64,000 nucleotides of DNA. Origin: Candidatus Marinacidobacterales bacterium (GTDB lineage: Bacteria; Acidobacteriota; Vicinamibacteria; Marinacidobacterales; SMYC01). The position numbers and the translations under genes were made by a program. The notes under the pieces were generated by a model. The model was not told where the DNA came from and searched no databases. It worked only from the letters and a program-made list of their open reading frames with translations. Below, one piece after another: positions 40,625 to 49,972 of this stretch. Position 1 is the stretch's first letter; every line of letters starts with the position of its first letter. The DNA lies in NCBI GenBank assembly GCA_965237955.1, contig OZ250169.1, positions 2,688,001-2,752,000 of the forward strand, read 5' to 3'.

Positions 40625-41938
40625 CTACTTCGTCCCAATGACCGCATAGTCCTGATCCCCGAACAACAGAGCGTTCAGCTTCTCGAAGTTCTGATTCAAC
40701 GTGTCGCTCCCATCGGTCACGCTCAGCAGTCGTGCTCGCTCGCTGACCGGGCTCGAGTAGCGGATCGTCACCTCGCGAAAACCGACGGCGCGGAGCATGA
40801 ACTCGAGGGTCTCCGGGTGTAACGGTTTCTGATGCGTGAGGTCGCGATAGAACGCGACGAACGCGACGACGCTTTCGGGGTTGACCGTCTCCAAAACCAC
40901 GCGCCCGTCTCGACGGAGCACGCGGTAACAATCGCCGAGGAACTTGCGAATCACCGTCGGCGGTAGATGCTCGATGACTTGTGCCGCGAAGATGCCAGAA
41001 GCCTCGCCGGAGCGAGCGTCAGCAACGGTCGCGACGATGTCGCCCACTTCGGCGTCGAGTCCCTTGTCGCGGCATGCGTGGATCATTTCGCGGTTGCCGT
41101 CGATGCCTTTGGCCTCGACGCCTGCTTCTTTCAAAAGCTCCAGGAACTCGCCGCGTCCGCAACCGAGGTCGAGGACGGGCCCCTGCCCTTCGAAGTAGGG
41201 AACGTAGTCGAGCAACCGGCCCCGTAGCTCGTCGGAGCTTCCGCGAAAACGCTCTTCGAAGGCAAGGTAGTGCTCGGGCTCGAAGCTCGTCGACTGCGAG
41301 CGAGTTTCCGGCGTTTCGCTCTTACCGGCAATCCGTCCATCGAGTCCGCGGAGCTCCGCGCGCGCCACCGTCAAAGACGTGTCCATGCCATCGACACGAT
41401 GCTGCATTTTCCGAAGGCCGAGCCGCACCGTCTCTAGACGCTTGTCCATCGCTTCGAGAAGCAAGTCACAACGGGTGTTTCCGAGCGATGCGTACAGTCG
41501 ATCTTTGGAATCGGCGAGGCGGTCGATGCGTTGGGCGAACCCGATGAGCGTCGACGTGAACTCGGCGTGCGCGGCCTCGGTGCGGTTGACGGTCTCGGCG
41601 AATCGGTTCAGAAATTGCACGAGGTTCGAATTGAACGCGCGCTGCGCGTCGAGAGCATTGGTCAGCGCGGCGAGCTCGGGCTCCACGAAACGCCGGACGA
41701 ATCGGCGTGTCATCTCTTTCAGGCCTTTCAGCCCGGCCTGCCCCGGCGATGGTGTCTCGGGTTGTGTGAGCGCGTCGGATTGATTGAGGTCTTCGAGAAG
41801 GGGCGCGAGCGTCTCGTCCTCGTCGTAAGGGGCGCGGATTCTGGCGAGCGAGTCCAGCTTCGAGAGGAGATCCGCATAGAGCTCCTGTTCTTCGGCTAGT
41901 TTTGTTTTGAGCTCGGAGAGAGTCGGCTGAAAAGACAA
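40625..41938 (-). CDS. Coiled-coil + class I methyltransferase (glycan chain-capping-like)
   Basis: Long helical N-terminus; FEERFRGS, VLDLGCGRGE, QVIEHL, ETVNP, DLTHQKP. Confidence 0.82.
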   Translation of the reverse strand: MSFQPTLSELKTKLAEEQELYADLLSKLDSLARIRAPYDEDETLAPLLEDLNQSDALTQPETPSPGQAGLKGLKEMTRRFVRRFVEPELAALTNALDAQRAFNSNLVQFLNRFAETVNRTEAAHAEFTSTLIGFAQRIDRLADSKDRLYASLGNTRCDLLLEAMDKRLETVRLGLRKMQHRVDGMDTSLTVARAELRGLDGRIAGKSETPETRSQSTSFEPEHYLAFEERFRGSSDELRGRLLDYVPYFEGQGPVLDLGCGRGEFLELLKEAGVEAKGIDGNREMIHACRDKGLDAEVGDIVATVADARSGEASGIFAAQVIEHLPPTVIRKFLGDCYRVLRRDGRVVLETVNPESVVAFVAFYRDLTHQKPLHPETLEFMLRAVGFREVTIRYSSPVSERARLLSVTDGSDTLNQNFEKLNALLFGDQDYAVIGTK

Positions 41939-42034
41939 GGTGCGTCAGGTCCCGACGACGCCTTCGGCACCGAGATCCATCGCAATCGCCGTGTCGGAAG
42001 CCGTGCTCATAGCGGCGTCGACGATCATGGGGCG

Positions 42035-42390
42035 CTACTTCTTCTCGCCCTTCTTGTTCGCTGCGAGGTAGTTGAGGATGACCTGGTCGAGGCTTTGATC
42101 GCCGACGTCGGTGTCGTCTCCGAGGAGTCCGCCGCCTGATTTGTCGAACGCACCGCGTTTGATCTCTTCGATGATGCGGCGGTGCTGGTCTTCCATGAAC
42201 TTGAAGACCGTTTTCTCGTCGTAGCCGTTGTGAAGGAACTTGGAATAGGCGGTGCGGCGCGCGCCGAGAATCTCGCCGCCCTTGTAGATCAGCGATTCGA
42301 CCATCGGATTGTCTTTTTACCCTTGTCCTCGGTCTGCACGTGGTAGACCTCGCCCTTGTAGGGAACGTCTGTGTTGAAGCCTGTGATCAT
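42035..42390 (-). CDS. Conserved hypothetical protein (MITGFNT-type), frameshifted near 42317
   Basis: MITGFNTDVPYKGEVYHVQTEDKG, then a shift in an A5 run into DNPMVESLIYKGGEIL. Confidence 0.7.
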
Positions 42391-42504
42391 GGAACCACGC
42401 TATTTACCAAGAATCGTATGCCCGCTCTTTTCGACCGTCGGAGGCCGGTTTCTCGAGAGGCGGGCGCATGGGTCGGTCGGCATTGGACTTAAGCGCCCAA
42501 AACT

Positions 42505-42573
42505 ATTCTCCCTCCGCGACAACCACGATGTCAAGTCGTTGACTTGACACACTTTCGGAGACGTTCATATAGT
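42505..42573. promoter_or_regulatory. Back-to-back sigma-70 promoters sharing a palindrome
   Basis: TGTCAAGTC-GTT-GACTTGACA (42529-42549); plus strand TTGACA-N18-TATAGT; minus strand TTGACA-N18-GAGAAT. Confidence 0.6.
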
Positions 42574-42587
42574 CCCCCGGACCCTTC

Positions 42588-43919
42588 ATGGCCCCGGACC
42601 AAGCATTCCCTCTACTCACCGCGCTCGTATTCCTCCCCGCGCTCGGGGGGCTCGTGGTGGCGATCGTAGGACAGAGGAGCGACGTTCTCGTCCCGTGGTT
42701 AGCTGCTCTATTTGCGGGGATGACCCTCGTCCTCGCGGTTTGGGTCCTCGGTGAGACTGGCGGGGGTGGTCTTTCGGAGCTTCGCGCTTGGGTGCCGGCG
42801 TTGGGTGTGTCGTTCATCCTCGAAAGTGACTGGTTGAGCTCGGTCCTTACGGTGTGGGTGGCGCTTTCGACGTTGCTCACGCTGATAGCGACGCTTCCGG
42901 GCTTGCGCACCGCGGCGCTGGTGCTGTTTTTGGAGACCGCGGCGAACGGGATCTTTTTCGCGCAGGACGTTTTTCTGGTGTTCGCTTTTCTCGGGGGCGT
43001 CGTGGTTGCCGTCGCTTTGCTCTCGAGCGTGCCGCGGAACGTCTTGGTCTTCGCGACAGCGGGACTGACAGTGCTGTTTGGCTGGTTCGTCCGTTTTTAT
43101 CAAATGGCTTATGCCCAGACGGGGTTCGCGTCGACCGAGCTCGCGCGGTGGCGCTCGCTCGTCCTCTATCCCGACGAGGAGCGTTCGCTGTTCCTTCTCG
43201 GGGCGTGCGGGATCGCCTTGTTGGTTCCCGCGTTCGTGATCGCCGTGGACAACGCACCGCGGGCGCATCGGCTCGTATTGATTGCGACAATAGGTGTCAT
43301 CGGGAGTTATCTCGTGCTCCGTCTCCTGGTGCCGCTTTGCCCGCGCGGCGCGGAGGCTTCTTCGAGTTGGGTGTTGGCGTTCGCGGCCCTGGTGATGGCA
43401 TCGGCGGGGCTCGCGCGCGGTTTCTCGCTCATGGCCGTTGGTTATCACGGACTCGTTCTATTTGGGCTGTTTACGTTCCAAGAGAGCGTCGTCGTCGGCG
43501 CGGAGCTCATGATGATAGCGGTCGCGATTGGCTTCTTCGGTCTGGTGCTCACGACGTCCCGGGGGCTCGTTCTGTACTTCGTGTTGTTTCTCATCGGCAT
43601 GCCGATCGTGTCCGTCCTCGTGCCTGCCTGGGAAGGCCATCCGCTTTGGGCGACGCTCGGGACGCTCACGTTCTTGATGATGGCCTACCGTTTCGTCACC
43701 CTCGCCAAGGCATCGCCTGTGAATAATGTCGATAACGTCGCGAACGGGAGTCGCCGCCGTCTCCTCTCGGCATCCCCCGTGATCTTGTGGAGCGTATCGA
43801 TGATCATCGGATGGAGCGTATGGGCGGCGCAGGTGAAGCCGTCGGCTATCGACTTCATCAACTCGTCGTCAGTACGGCGGGCACGGCCGGCACAGCCGGC
43901 ACAGGATGAGAAGCCCTAG
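42588..43919 (+). CDS. Highly divergent NuoM-like membrane protein
   Basis: LLTALVFLPALGG, WVPALGVSF..D.LS, LETAANGIFFAQD follow the NuoM layout; key charged residues appear absent. Confidence 0.65.
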   Translation: MAPDQAFPLLTALVFLPALGGLVVAIVGQRSDVLVPWLAALFAGMTLVLAVWVLGETGGGGLSELRAWVPALGVSFILESDWLSSVLTVWVALSTLLTLIATLPGLRTAALVLFLETAANGIFFAQDVFLVFAFLGGVVVAVALLSSVPRNVLVFATAGLTVLFGWFVRFYQMAYAQTGFASTELARWRSLVLYPDEERSLFLLGACGIALLVPAFVIAVDNAPRAHRLVLIATIGVIGSYLVLRLLVPLCPRGAEASSSWVLAFAALVMASAGLARGFSLMAVGYHGLVLFGLFTFQESVVVGAELMMIAVAIGFFGLVLTTSRGLVLYFVLFLIGMPIVSVLVPAWEGHPLWATLGTLTFLMMAYRFVTLAKASPVNNVDNVANGSRRRLLSASPVILWSVSMIIGWSVWAAQVKPSAIDFINSSSVRRARPAQPAQDEKP

Positions 43920-44943
43920 CATGGATGGAGTGTCGGTGTTCGTCGGCAGCTTGATCGCCGTCGTCGTCATACTCGACGCGATCGCCGAGGCTCGAAACGA
44001 GCGCGATCCCCACCGGTCTCTCGTGGCCTTTCTCGGACTTTTTCTCGCCGCGTCGACCCGAGACTTGCTTTGGATCTACGTTGGCTTCGAAGCGTTCTCG
44101 CTCGCGGCGATAATCCGCTACGCGAAGCTCCGCGGTGCGCCGCTTCGAGCGCGCGCGATCGTCGGCTCGGGCGCGTCGCTCCTCGGAGTCCTGCTCGTGG
44201 CGGTCTCGTCGCGCGCGACCGATCTTGCCGAGCTCGAGTCGACGACGGCGGTGAACCTCGGTGTCCTGTTGTTCGCGGCCGGCCTCATCATCAAGTGGCT
44301 GCAGTCGCAAGCCGAGCCCTTTCTGTTTCTCGGCGCGTCCGTTGCTCTCGTCGCCGTGTTCGTCCGGGTCGAGGCGTGGGCGCCCGGGATCGCGGACGAG
44401 CTCGAGACGGTGTCGTGGCTGGTCGCCGCGGCGGCCATCGTCGCCGGCGGTGTGGGCTCGGCGCTTGCCGCGTCGACACGCTCGCTCGGAGTTTGGCTTA
44501 CGATCTTCACGGTCGGTCTTGCCGTGATCGCGCTCTCCGGCGGCGCACCGGCACTTCCCCACCTGCTGATGCATCTCGCGGCGTCGAGTGTCGTGATCGC
44601 GCTGGTCCTTACCGGGACGAAGCCCGCCGGCACGTGGCTTGCGATGTTGTCGCTCGCATCCGTGCCGCCTTTTCCCGGGTTCGTCACCAAGCTCGCGCTC
44701 TTGGCGGGCCTTCAGCCGAACACGTTGACGGTCGCGCTCGTCGGGTTGCTCTTCGCCGGGATTGGTTGCGCGCGGGAGGTGGAGCGCCCAAAACTATTCT
44801 CTCTCCGTGACGATGATGCGTCCACGCGCTCGGCTGGACGCTCATGGGTGACGCTCGCGGCGCTCGCGGCGGTATTGGTGTTCGGATTGTTTCCAGAAGC
44901 GCTAATAGGCGCGGCGACCCGCGCGGCCTCCGGGCTATTCTAA
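43906..44943 (+). CDS. Shortened divergent NuoN-like membrane protein
   Basis: DLLWIYVGFEAFSL, GLIIK, MLSLASVPPFPGFVTK, FGLFPEAL. Confidence 0.68.
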   Translation: MRSPSMDGVSVFVGSLIAVVVILDAIAEARNERDPHRSLVAFLGLFLAASTRDLLWIYVGFEAFSLAAIIRYAKLRGAPLRARAIVGSGASLLGVLLVAVSSRATDLAELESTTAVNLGVLLFAAGLIIKWLQSQAEPFLFLGASVALVAVFVRVEAWAPGIADELETVSWLVAAAAIVAGGVGSALAASTRSLGVWLTIFTVGLAVIALSGGAPALPHLLMHLAASSVVIALVLTGTKPAGTWLAMLSLASVPPFPGFVTKLALLAGLQPNTLTVALVGLLFAGIGCAREVERPKLFSLRDDDASTRSAGRSWVTLAALAAVLVFGLFPEALIGAATRAASGLF

Positions 44944-46353
44944 ATCGCTCAGCCCATCTCGAACGAAATGCTCTTCCTCGGGCGCGACAGTCCTCAAGTC
45001 GAGAAGGACACGGTCCTCGGAGATGCGTGCGATCACCGCAGGCCGACGGTTTCGGAGCGTGGTCAAGAGCGTGTCAGCCGACACACCTTTCTTGGTCACA
45101 GCGATGACGCACGTGGGAAGCTCGGCGTCCGCTGCCGCGCCGCCGCCGACGCGGGACGTTGCCTCTTCGATCGAGAGCTCGAGTGCGTCGTTCTTCACCG
45201 CCGCGACGAGTTTCTGGGAGCGCGTGCGGATCTCGTCCTTGGTAGCCGCGAGCATGCGCAGAACCGGGATCTCTTTGGTGGCCTTGCGTTCGACGAACGA
45301 GAGCAACGTGGCTTCGAGAGCGGCATAGATCAGCTTGTCGACACGGAGCGCCCGTGCCATGGGGTTGATACGGCAGGCCTCGACGGCGGAGTCGCGTCCA
45401 ATGAGAATGCCCGCTTGGGGGCCGCCGAGGAGCTTATCGCCCGAGAAGATCGACAGGTGAACACCGCTCGACAGACTTTCCGTCACCGTCGGCTCGTTCG
45501 CCAATCCGAACGGAGCGAGAGACAAAAGATTGCCGCTCCCGAAGTCTTCGATGACGGGGAGATTTTTTTCTTCGCCGAGCGCGACCATCTCTTCCGTCGT
45601 CGCCGACTCGGTGAAACCGACGATGCGGAAATTCGATGGATGCACTCTGAGGAGTGCTCCCGTGTCGGGGCCAATCGCTCCCGCGTAGTCCGCGATGCGG
45701 GTCTTGTTGGTCGTACCGACCTCGCGGAGGCGGGCACCGCTTCGAGCGAGAATATCCGGCACGCGAAACGAGCCGCCGATCTCGACCAGCTCACCGCGGG
45801 AGACGATCACTTCTTTCCCGGCAGCGAAAGTATTGAGGCTCAACATCACCGCGGCGGCGGCGTTGTTCACCACAATGGCGTCGGTGCCCGGAAACAGGCG
45901 CGATAGCAGGCGAGCCGCATGCTGGTGCCGGCTTCCACGTTTGCCGGTTTGGAGATCGAGCTCGAGGTTGGAGTAGCCACAGGCGATCGCCTGTACCGAT
46001 GCCGCGGCGCGGGACGAAAGCGGAGCGCGCCCGAGGTTGGTGTGCACGATGACTCCGGTTGCGTTGATCGCCGAGCTCAGGCTCGCGCGAATTTCCGATT
46101 CGAGCTTCCTACCGACGGTGTCGGTGAGCGATTCGATGGCTCGCTCGAGCTCGAGCGCCTCCATTCCCGCCTCGATGTCGGAACGCAAGTCGACGAGCAC
46201 GGCGCGAGCGGCGTCGGTGAGCGCGTCTCTGCCGAAATCATGCTCGAGGTCGTCGATACCCGGAAGCGAAAGCATTCGCTCGACGCTAGGAAGGCGTCTG
46301 AGAAGTTTCTTGCGGGAATTGGGGGGCGAGAGGGAATTGGGTCTCTTTGACAA
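44935..46353 (-). CDS. selA: L-seryl-tRNA(Sec) selenium transferase
   Basis: INATGVIVHTNLGRAPL, YSNLE, SRGELVEIGGSFR, EVGTTNKT, FSGDKLLGGPQ. Confidence 0.96.
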   Translation of the reverse strand: MSKRPNSLSPPNSRKKLLRRLPSVERMLSLPGIDDLEHDFGRDALTDAARAVLVDLRSDIEAGMEALELERAIESLTDTVGRKLESEIRASLSSAINATGVIVHTNLGRAPLSSRAAASVQAIACGYSNLELDLQTGKRGSRHQHAARLLSRLFPGTDAIVVNNAAAAVMLSLNTFAAGKEVIVSRGELVEIGGSFRVPDILARSGARLREVGTTNKTRIADYAGAIGPDTGALLRVHPSNFRIVGFTESATTEEMVALGEEKNLPVIEDFGSGNLLSLAPFGLANEPTVTESLSSGVHLSIFSGDKLLGGPQAGILIGRDSAVEACRINPMARALRVDKLIYAALEATLLSFVERKATKEIPVLRMLAATKDEIRTRSQKLVAAVKNDALELSIEEATSRVGGGAAADAELPTCVIAVTKKGVSADTLLTTLRNRRPAVIARISEDRVLLDLRTVAPEEEHFVRDGLSDLE

Positions 46354-46431
46354 TGTGGAACCTTGAAGGCTAGCATTTTAACATGGAGCGTGCGTGCGAC
46401 TGGAAGCGAACCGGAAGCGAACCGCAAAAGA

Positions 46432-46896
46432 ATGACTACCGAACGCCCTAAGAACTTCATCGAGCGATTGCCTGCGATCATCGAGCGGGAGGAGGAAGAC
46501 ATCACCCACCTCGACCCCGAGATGGTTGCGATCCTCTATCCGAACCGAGCGGACAAGACGTTCAACGTCACCATCGTTTTCGGCCCACCGCCGCCGGCGG
46601 GAGACGACTCGGACACCATTGAGACTGAGACTGAGACTGACACGGCCAAGGATTACGATCGCGCCGTCGCCATTGCGCGTAAATCGACGCGATATCGCTC
46701 GGAAGGCACCGGGCGTTATCTCCGGCACCACGCTACGTTCGGCATCGACGACGTGAACCACTTGCACGAGGTATTTTATCGGGTGAGCGAGTACCCGTTC
46801 TGTGAGATTCTCGTGAGAGGTAAGCGAGTGCCCTACGGTCGAGAGCTTTGGCTACCGCTTCTGTGGTTCTTCAGAAAAGACCCCACGGAGATGTGA
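46432..46896 (+). CDS. Hypothetical protein
   Basis: Protein-like ORF heading an operon; C-terminal GKRVPYGRELWLPLLWF. Confidence 0.7.
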   Translation: MTTERPKNFIERLPAIIEREEEDITHLDPEMVAILYPNRADKTFNVTIVFGPPPPAGDDSDTIETETETDTAKDYDRAVAIARKSTRYRSEGTGRYLRHHATFGIDDVNHLHEVFYRVSEYPFCEILVRGKRVPYGRELWLPLLWFFRKDPTEM

Positions 46897-46898
46897 CG

Positions 46899-47448
46899 AT
46901 GGGTTTTCAAGAGGACATGAGGGATCTGGTAAAGCATTTCAAGCTCCTGGAGCGCGAGTACGAGCAGTGGTTTTCAGGCGCGCTCGTGACGCCACCTTGG
47001 AGCACGCAGAAAAAGTGCGAGAACATCGTCGGGGAGTACAGCAGAAACCCGCCGCAGAACATGTCAGAGCAATCGATCTTTGCGATGCATCAGGCGAAGT
47101 TCGCCACCCACATGGAAATGTGGAACCGGAGGATGCGTCTCAAAGAAGAGGGGAAGCTTCCGACGGGCCGCAAGGAACGCTCGAAGCGAGTTCCCAGGCC
47201 GGGGGCGCCGCGTGACGGGGGTCGTGGCGCCGGCGACGAGCAATACCGCAAAGTGTTCGACTCCTACGTCGCGGCTAAGCAAAACGCCGGCGAAGCCACG
47301 GCGAAGCTCAAACTACGAGAGTTTCAAGAGCGCGCTCCAGAAACAGGCCGACCAGCTTCGTGCGAAACGTGGCATCCAGAACGTGAACTTCGGCGTGTCC
47401 GTCAAAAACGGCAAAGTGTCGGTGGTCGCACGCAAGAAAAAATCGTAA
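46899..47448 (+). CDS. Hypothetical protein with MXAN_5187-like C-terminal domain, frameshifted near 47311
   Basis: REYEQWFSG..PP, FDSYVAAK..GE, then after a 1-nt shift YESFKSALQKQ..VNFGVSVKNGKVSVVAR. Confidence 0.7.
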
Positions 47449-47456
47449 AGTCTCCC

Positions 47457-48209
47457 ATGCGATCGCTCGCGCTTACTCTGTTGGCCGCCGGGTTCGTCCT
47501 TCTAGTGTCGAGCTCACACCTCGAGGCGTGGCCCAAAGAGGCCTATCGCAACATGGTGTACGACACCATGCGGCTCATGCCACCGCGGCTGGCCCGGGTG
47601 TTGCTGTCGCGCGACCATGCCATTTTGCGAGGCGTCACAAGCCTCGAAGGTGACACGGCGTCGACGCTGGCGCGTGACGGGATGCGGGGACAACTTTCTG
47701 TCGACCTCGTGGAGGACGTCGAAGCGCGCATCGCCCGCGTCGTGCGCTTGGTCGATGAGCACCACTCCCTCGACGAGGTGGCGGAAGAGCTCGGGCGGCT
47801 CTTACGGATTGCGGCGGATATCGCCGATCCGGCGGTGCTCGGCGCGGGGAGCGCGGAGCTTCGCCGTGTCGTCTCCGAGTATTATCGATTCGTAGGCTTG
47901 AACTTGACGAAGTTTCCGCTCGTTCACGACGGTGGACTTCCTTCGACCGTCGAGGGAGCGTCGGTGCGCACGTTGCTCGTGCAAGTGGCGTCGGACACGA
48001 GCGCTTCGGTGTCGCCACTTTCGAAAGCGTTTTGGCAGGATGGGCGCGTCATGCCCGCGGGCTCATTCGACTACCGCTCGGTGCCCTATGCCGAGACGTC
48101 GCTCAGCTACTCTCGGGGCGTCACCGCGGCAGCGTATTTGTGGCTGTCGGCGTGGGCGAAGGCGAACGGTGACTTCACCGGCTATCGATTCGGCAACAAA
48201 AAGCCCTGA
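47457..48209 (+). CDS. Secreted protein, probably a degenerate Zn-phospholipase C / S1-P1 nuclease fold
   Basis: Signal peptide ending LEA-W; LMPPRL, LGRLLRIAADIADP, C-terminal AYLWLSAW. Confidence 0.6.
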   Translation: MRSLALTLLAAGFVLLVSSSHLEAWPKEAYRNMVYDTMRLMPPRLARVLLSRDHAILRGVTSLEGDTASTLARDGMRGQLSVDLVEDVEARIARVVRLVDEHHSLDEVAEELGRLLRIAADIADPAVLGAGSAELRRVVSEYYRFVGLNLTKFPLVHDGGLPSTVEGASVRTLLVQVASDTSASVSPLSKAFWQDGRVMPAGSFDYRSVPYAETSLSYSRGVTAAAYLWLSAWAKANGDFTGYRFGNKKP

Positions 48210-48242
48210 CGCTCGGAAGCCTCCCGCAGTAGAATTCCGTCC

Positions 48243-49817
48243 ATGAAAAAGCGTGCGCTTTTGAGCGTAGCGGACAAAGAAGGTCTGCCCGAGTTCGCCA
48301 AAGGACTTGTAGAGCGGGGGTTCGAGATCGTCTCGAGCGGCGGCACCGCCACCGTGCTCGAAGGCGAGAACGTGCCGGTAAAACGCGTTTCGGAGATCAC
48401 CGGGTTTCCGGAAATCCTGGGAGGACGGGTCAAGACGCTTCACCCGATGATTCACGGCGGTATCCTTGCCAGGCGGCATCGCGAAGACGACGTTTCCGAG
48501 CTCGAGAGCCACGGCATTCTCCCGGTGGACGTGGTGGCCGTGAACTTCTATCCGTTCGAGAAGACGGTCGCTGCCGGCAGGCCGATCGATGAAGTTCTCG
48601 AGAACATCGATATTGGTGGTCCGTCGATGCTCCGCGCATCGGCGAAAAACTTCAAGGACGTGCTTCCCGTGACCGACCCGAAGGACTATGAAGTCGTCCT
48701 TTCGAAGCTCCGTGAGGGCGTCGACGCCGGCGTCGGCGTCGATCTTAAGACTCGACTCTACCTGGCCGCGAAAGCGTTCGCCGCTTCCAGCCGGTACGAA
48801 GACGCCGTTGCAACGTTTGTGGCTCGGCTGGGCGCGGACGGCGATACCCTCGCGCTCGATGACAACGCGTCTCGTTTTCCGGAGGAGCTCGCGCTGCGCT
48901 TTACCAAGGTCCAGGATCTTCGCTACGGCGAGAATCCGCATCAAGCGGCGGCGTTTTACCGAGACAGCGCGCTCGCGGTAGCGGGCGCGACGAAGCTCCA
49001 CGGAAAAGAGCTCTCGTACAACAATATTCTCGACCTCGATGCCGCATGGCGCCTCGTGCGCGAGCTCCCGGGCTCGCGTGCGGCCGCTGTCGTCATCAAG
49101 CACACGAACCCGGCCGGGGCCGCGCTGGGCGAATCTCTCGTCGACGCCTATGTCAACGCGCGGGCGACCGATCCCGTGTCTGCGTTCGGCGGCATCGTTG
49201 CGTTGAGCCGACCCGTCGACAGTGCCACCGCGGAAGAGCTCGCCTCCACGTTTCTCGAGGCGATCATCTCCCCGTCATTCGAGCCCGAGGCGCTCGAGAT
49301 CCTGACGAAGAAGAAAAATCTCCGTTTGATGACCGTGACCGATGAAGACCCGTTGCCGTGGGATGGACGCAATCTGTGCCGGGTGCTCGGGGGCGTCCTC
49401 GTGCAGGATTGGGATGCCGACGGCGTAGAGGAAGCGTTCGAGGTCGTGACCGAGCGGATTCCGATGGATTCACAAGAGCGCACGCTCCGTCTTGCTTGGA
49501 TCGCGGCCAAACACGTCAAGTCGAACGCCATCGTGCTCGCGAAAGGCGATGCGCTAATAGGTGTCGGTGCGGGACAGATGAGCCGTGTCGACTCGTGCCG
49601 CATCGCCGTGGAAAAAGCGCAGAGCTCTCTCGACGGTTCCGTCGCGGCGTCGGACGCGTTCTTCCCGTTCCGAGACGGCGTCGATGCGCTCGCCGATGCC
49701 GGCGTCGTCGCGGTGGTGCAACCAGGCGGCTCGGTGCGCGACGACGAAGTGATCGCCGCGGCCAACGAACGAGGCGTGGCTATGGTTTTTACGGGAAAGC
49801 GGCACTTCAAGCATTGA
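48243..49817 (+). CDS. purH: Bifunctional AICAR transformylase/IMP cyclohydrolase
   Basis: RALLSV, GGRVKTLHP, IDIGGPSM, LRYGENPHQ, ASDAFFPF, QPGGS, RHFKH. Confidence 0.98.
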   Translation: MKKRALLSVADKEGLPEFAKGLVERGFEIVSSGGTATVLEGENVPVKRVSEITGFPEILGGRVKTLHPMIHGGILARRHREDDVSELESHGILPVDVVAVNFYPFEKTVAAGRPIDEVLENIDIGGPSMLRASAKNFKDVLPVTDPKDYEVVLSKLREGVDAGVGVDLKTRLYLAAKAFAASSRYEDAVATFVARLGADGDTLALDDNASRFPEELALRFTKVQDLRYGENPHQAAAFYRDSALAVAGATKLHGKELSYNNILDLDAAWRLVRELPGSRAAAVVIKHTNPAGAALGESLVDAYVNARATDPVSAFGGIVALSRPVDSATAEELASTFLEAIISPSFEPEALEILTKKKNLRLMTVTDEDPLPWDGRNLCRVLGGVLVQDWDADGVEEAFEVVTERIPMDSQERTLRLAWIAAKHVKSNAIVLAKGDALIGVGAGQMSRVDSCRIAVEKAQSSLDGSVAASDAFFPFRDGVDALADAGVVAVVQPGGSVRDDEVIAAANERGVAMVFTGKRHFKH

Positions 49818-49972
49818 TCCGCCATCCGCCATCGGCCGTCAGCCATCCGCCGCTGATCTGCTCGTCTCCGGGGCGGGCGGTGTCAGCTCCCAACGCCGTC
49901 GCTACTCTCCAGCACGGCCTGCCCGTCAGCGCCGTCCTGCTGATGGCTGATGGCCGATGGCTGATGGCCGAA
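49817..49972 (+). repeat. Heptamer-armed palindromic element with conserved core
   Basis: Arms end 49850 / begin 49939; 88-nt spacer; core CAACGCCGTCGCTACTCTCCAGCA at 49891. Confidence 0.85.

Noticed and set aside
46848-48209. 453-aa fused ORF in the track
   Set aside because: Created by a 1-nt frameshift near 47311; it resolves into two genes, the second with its own signal peptide.
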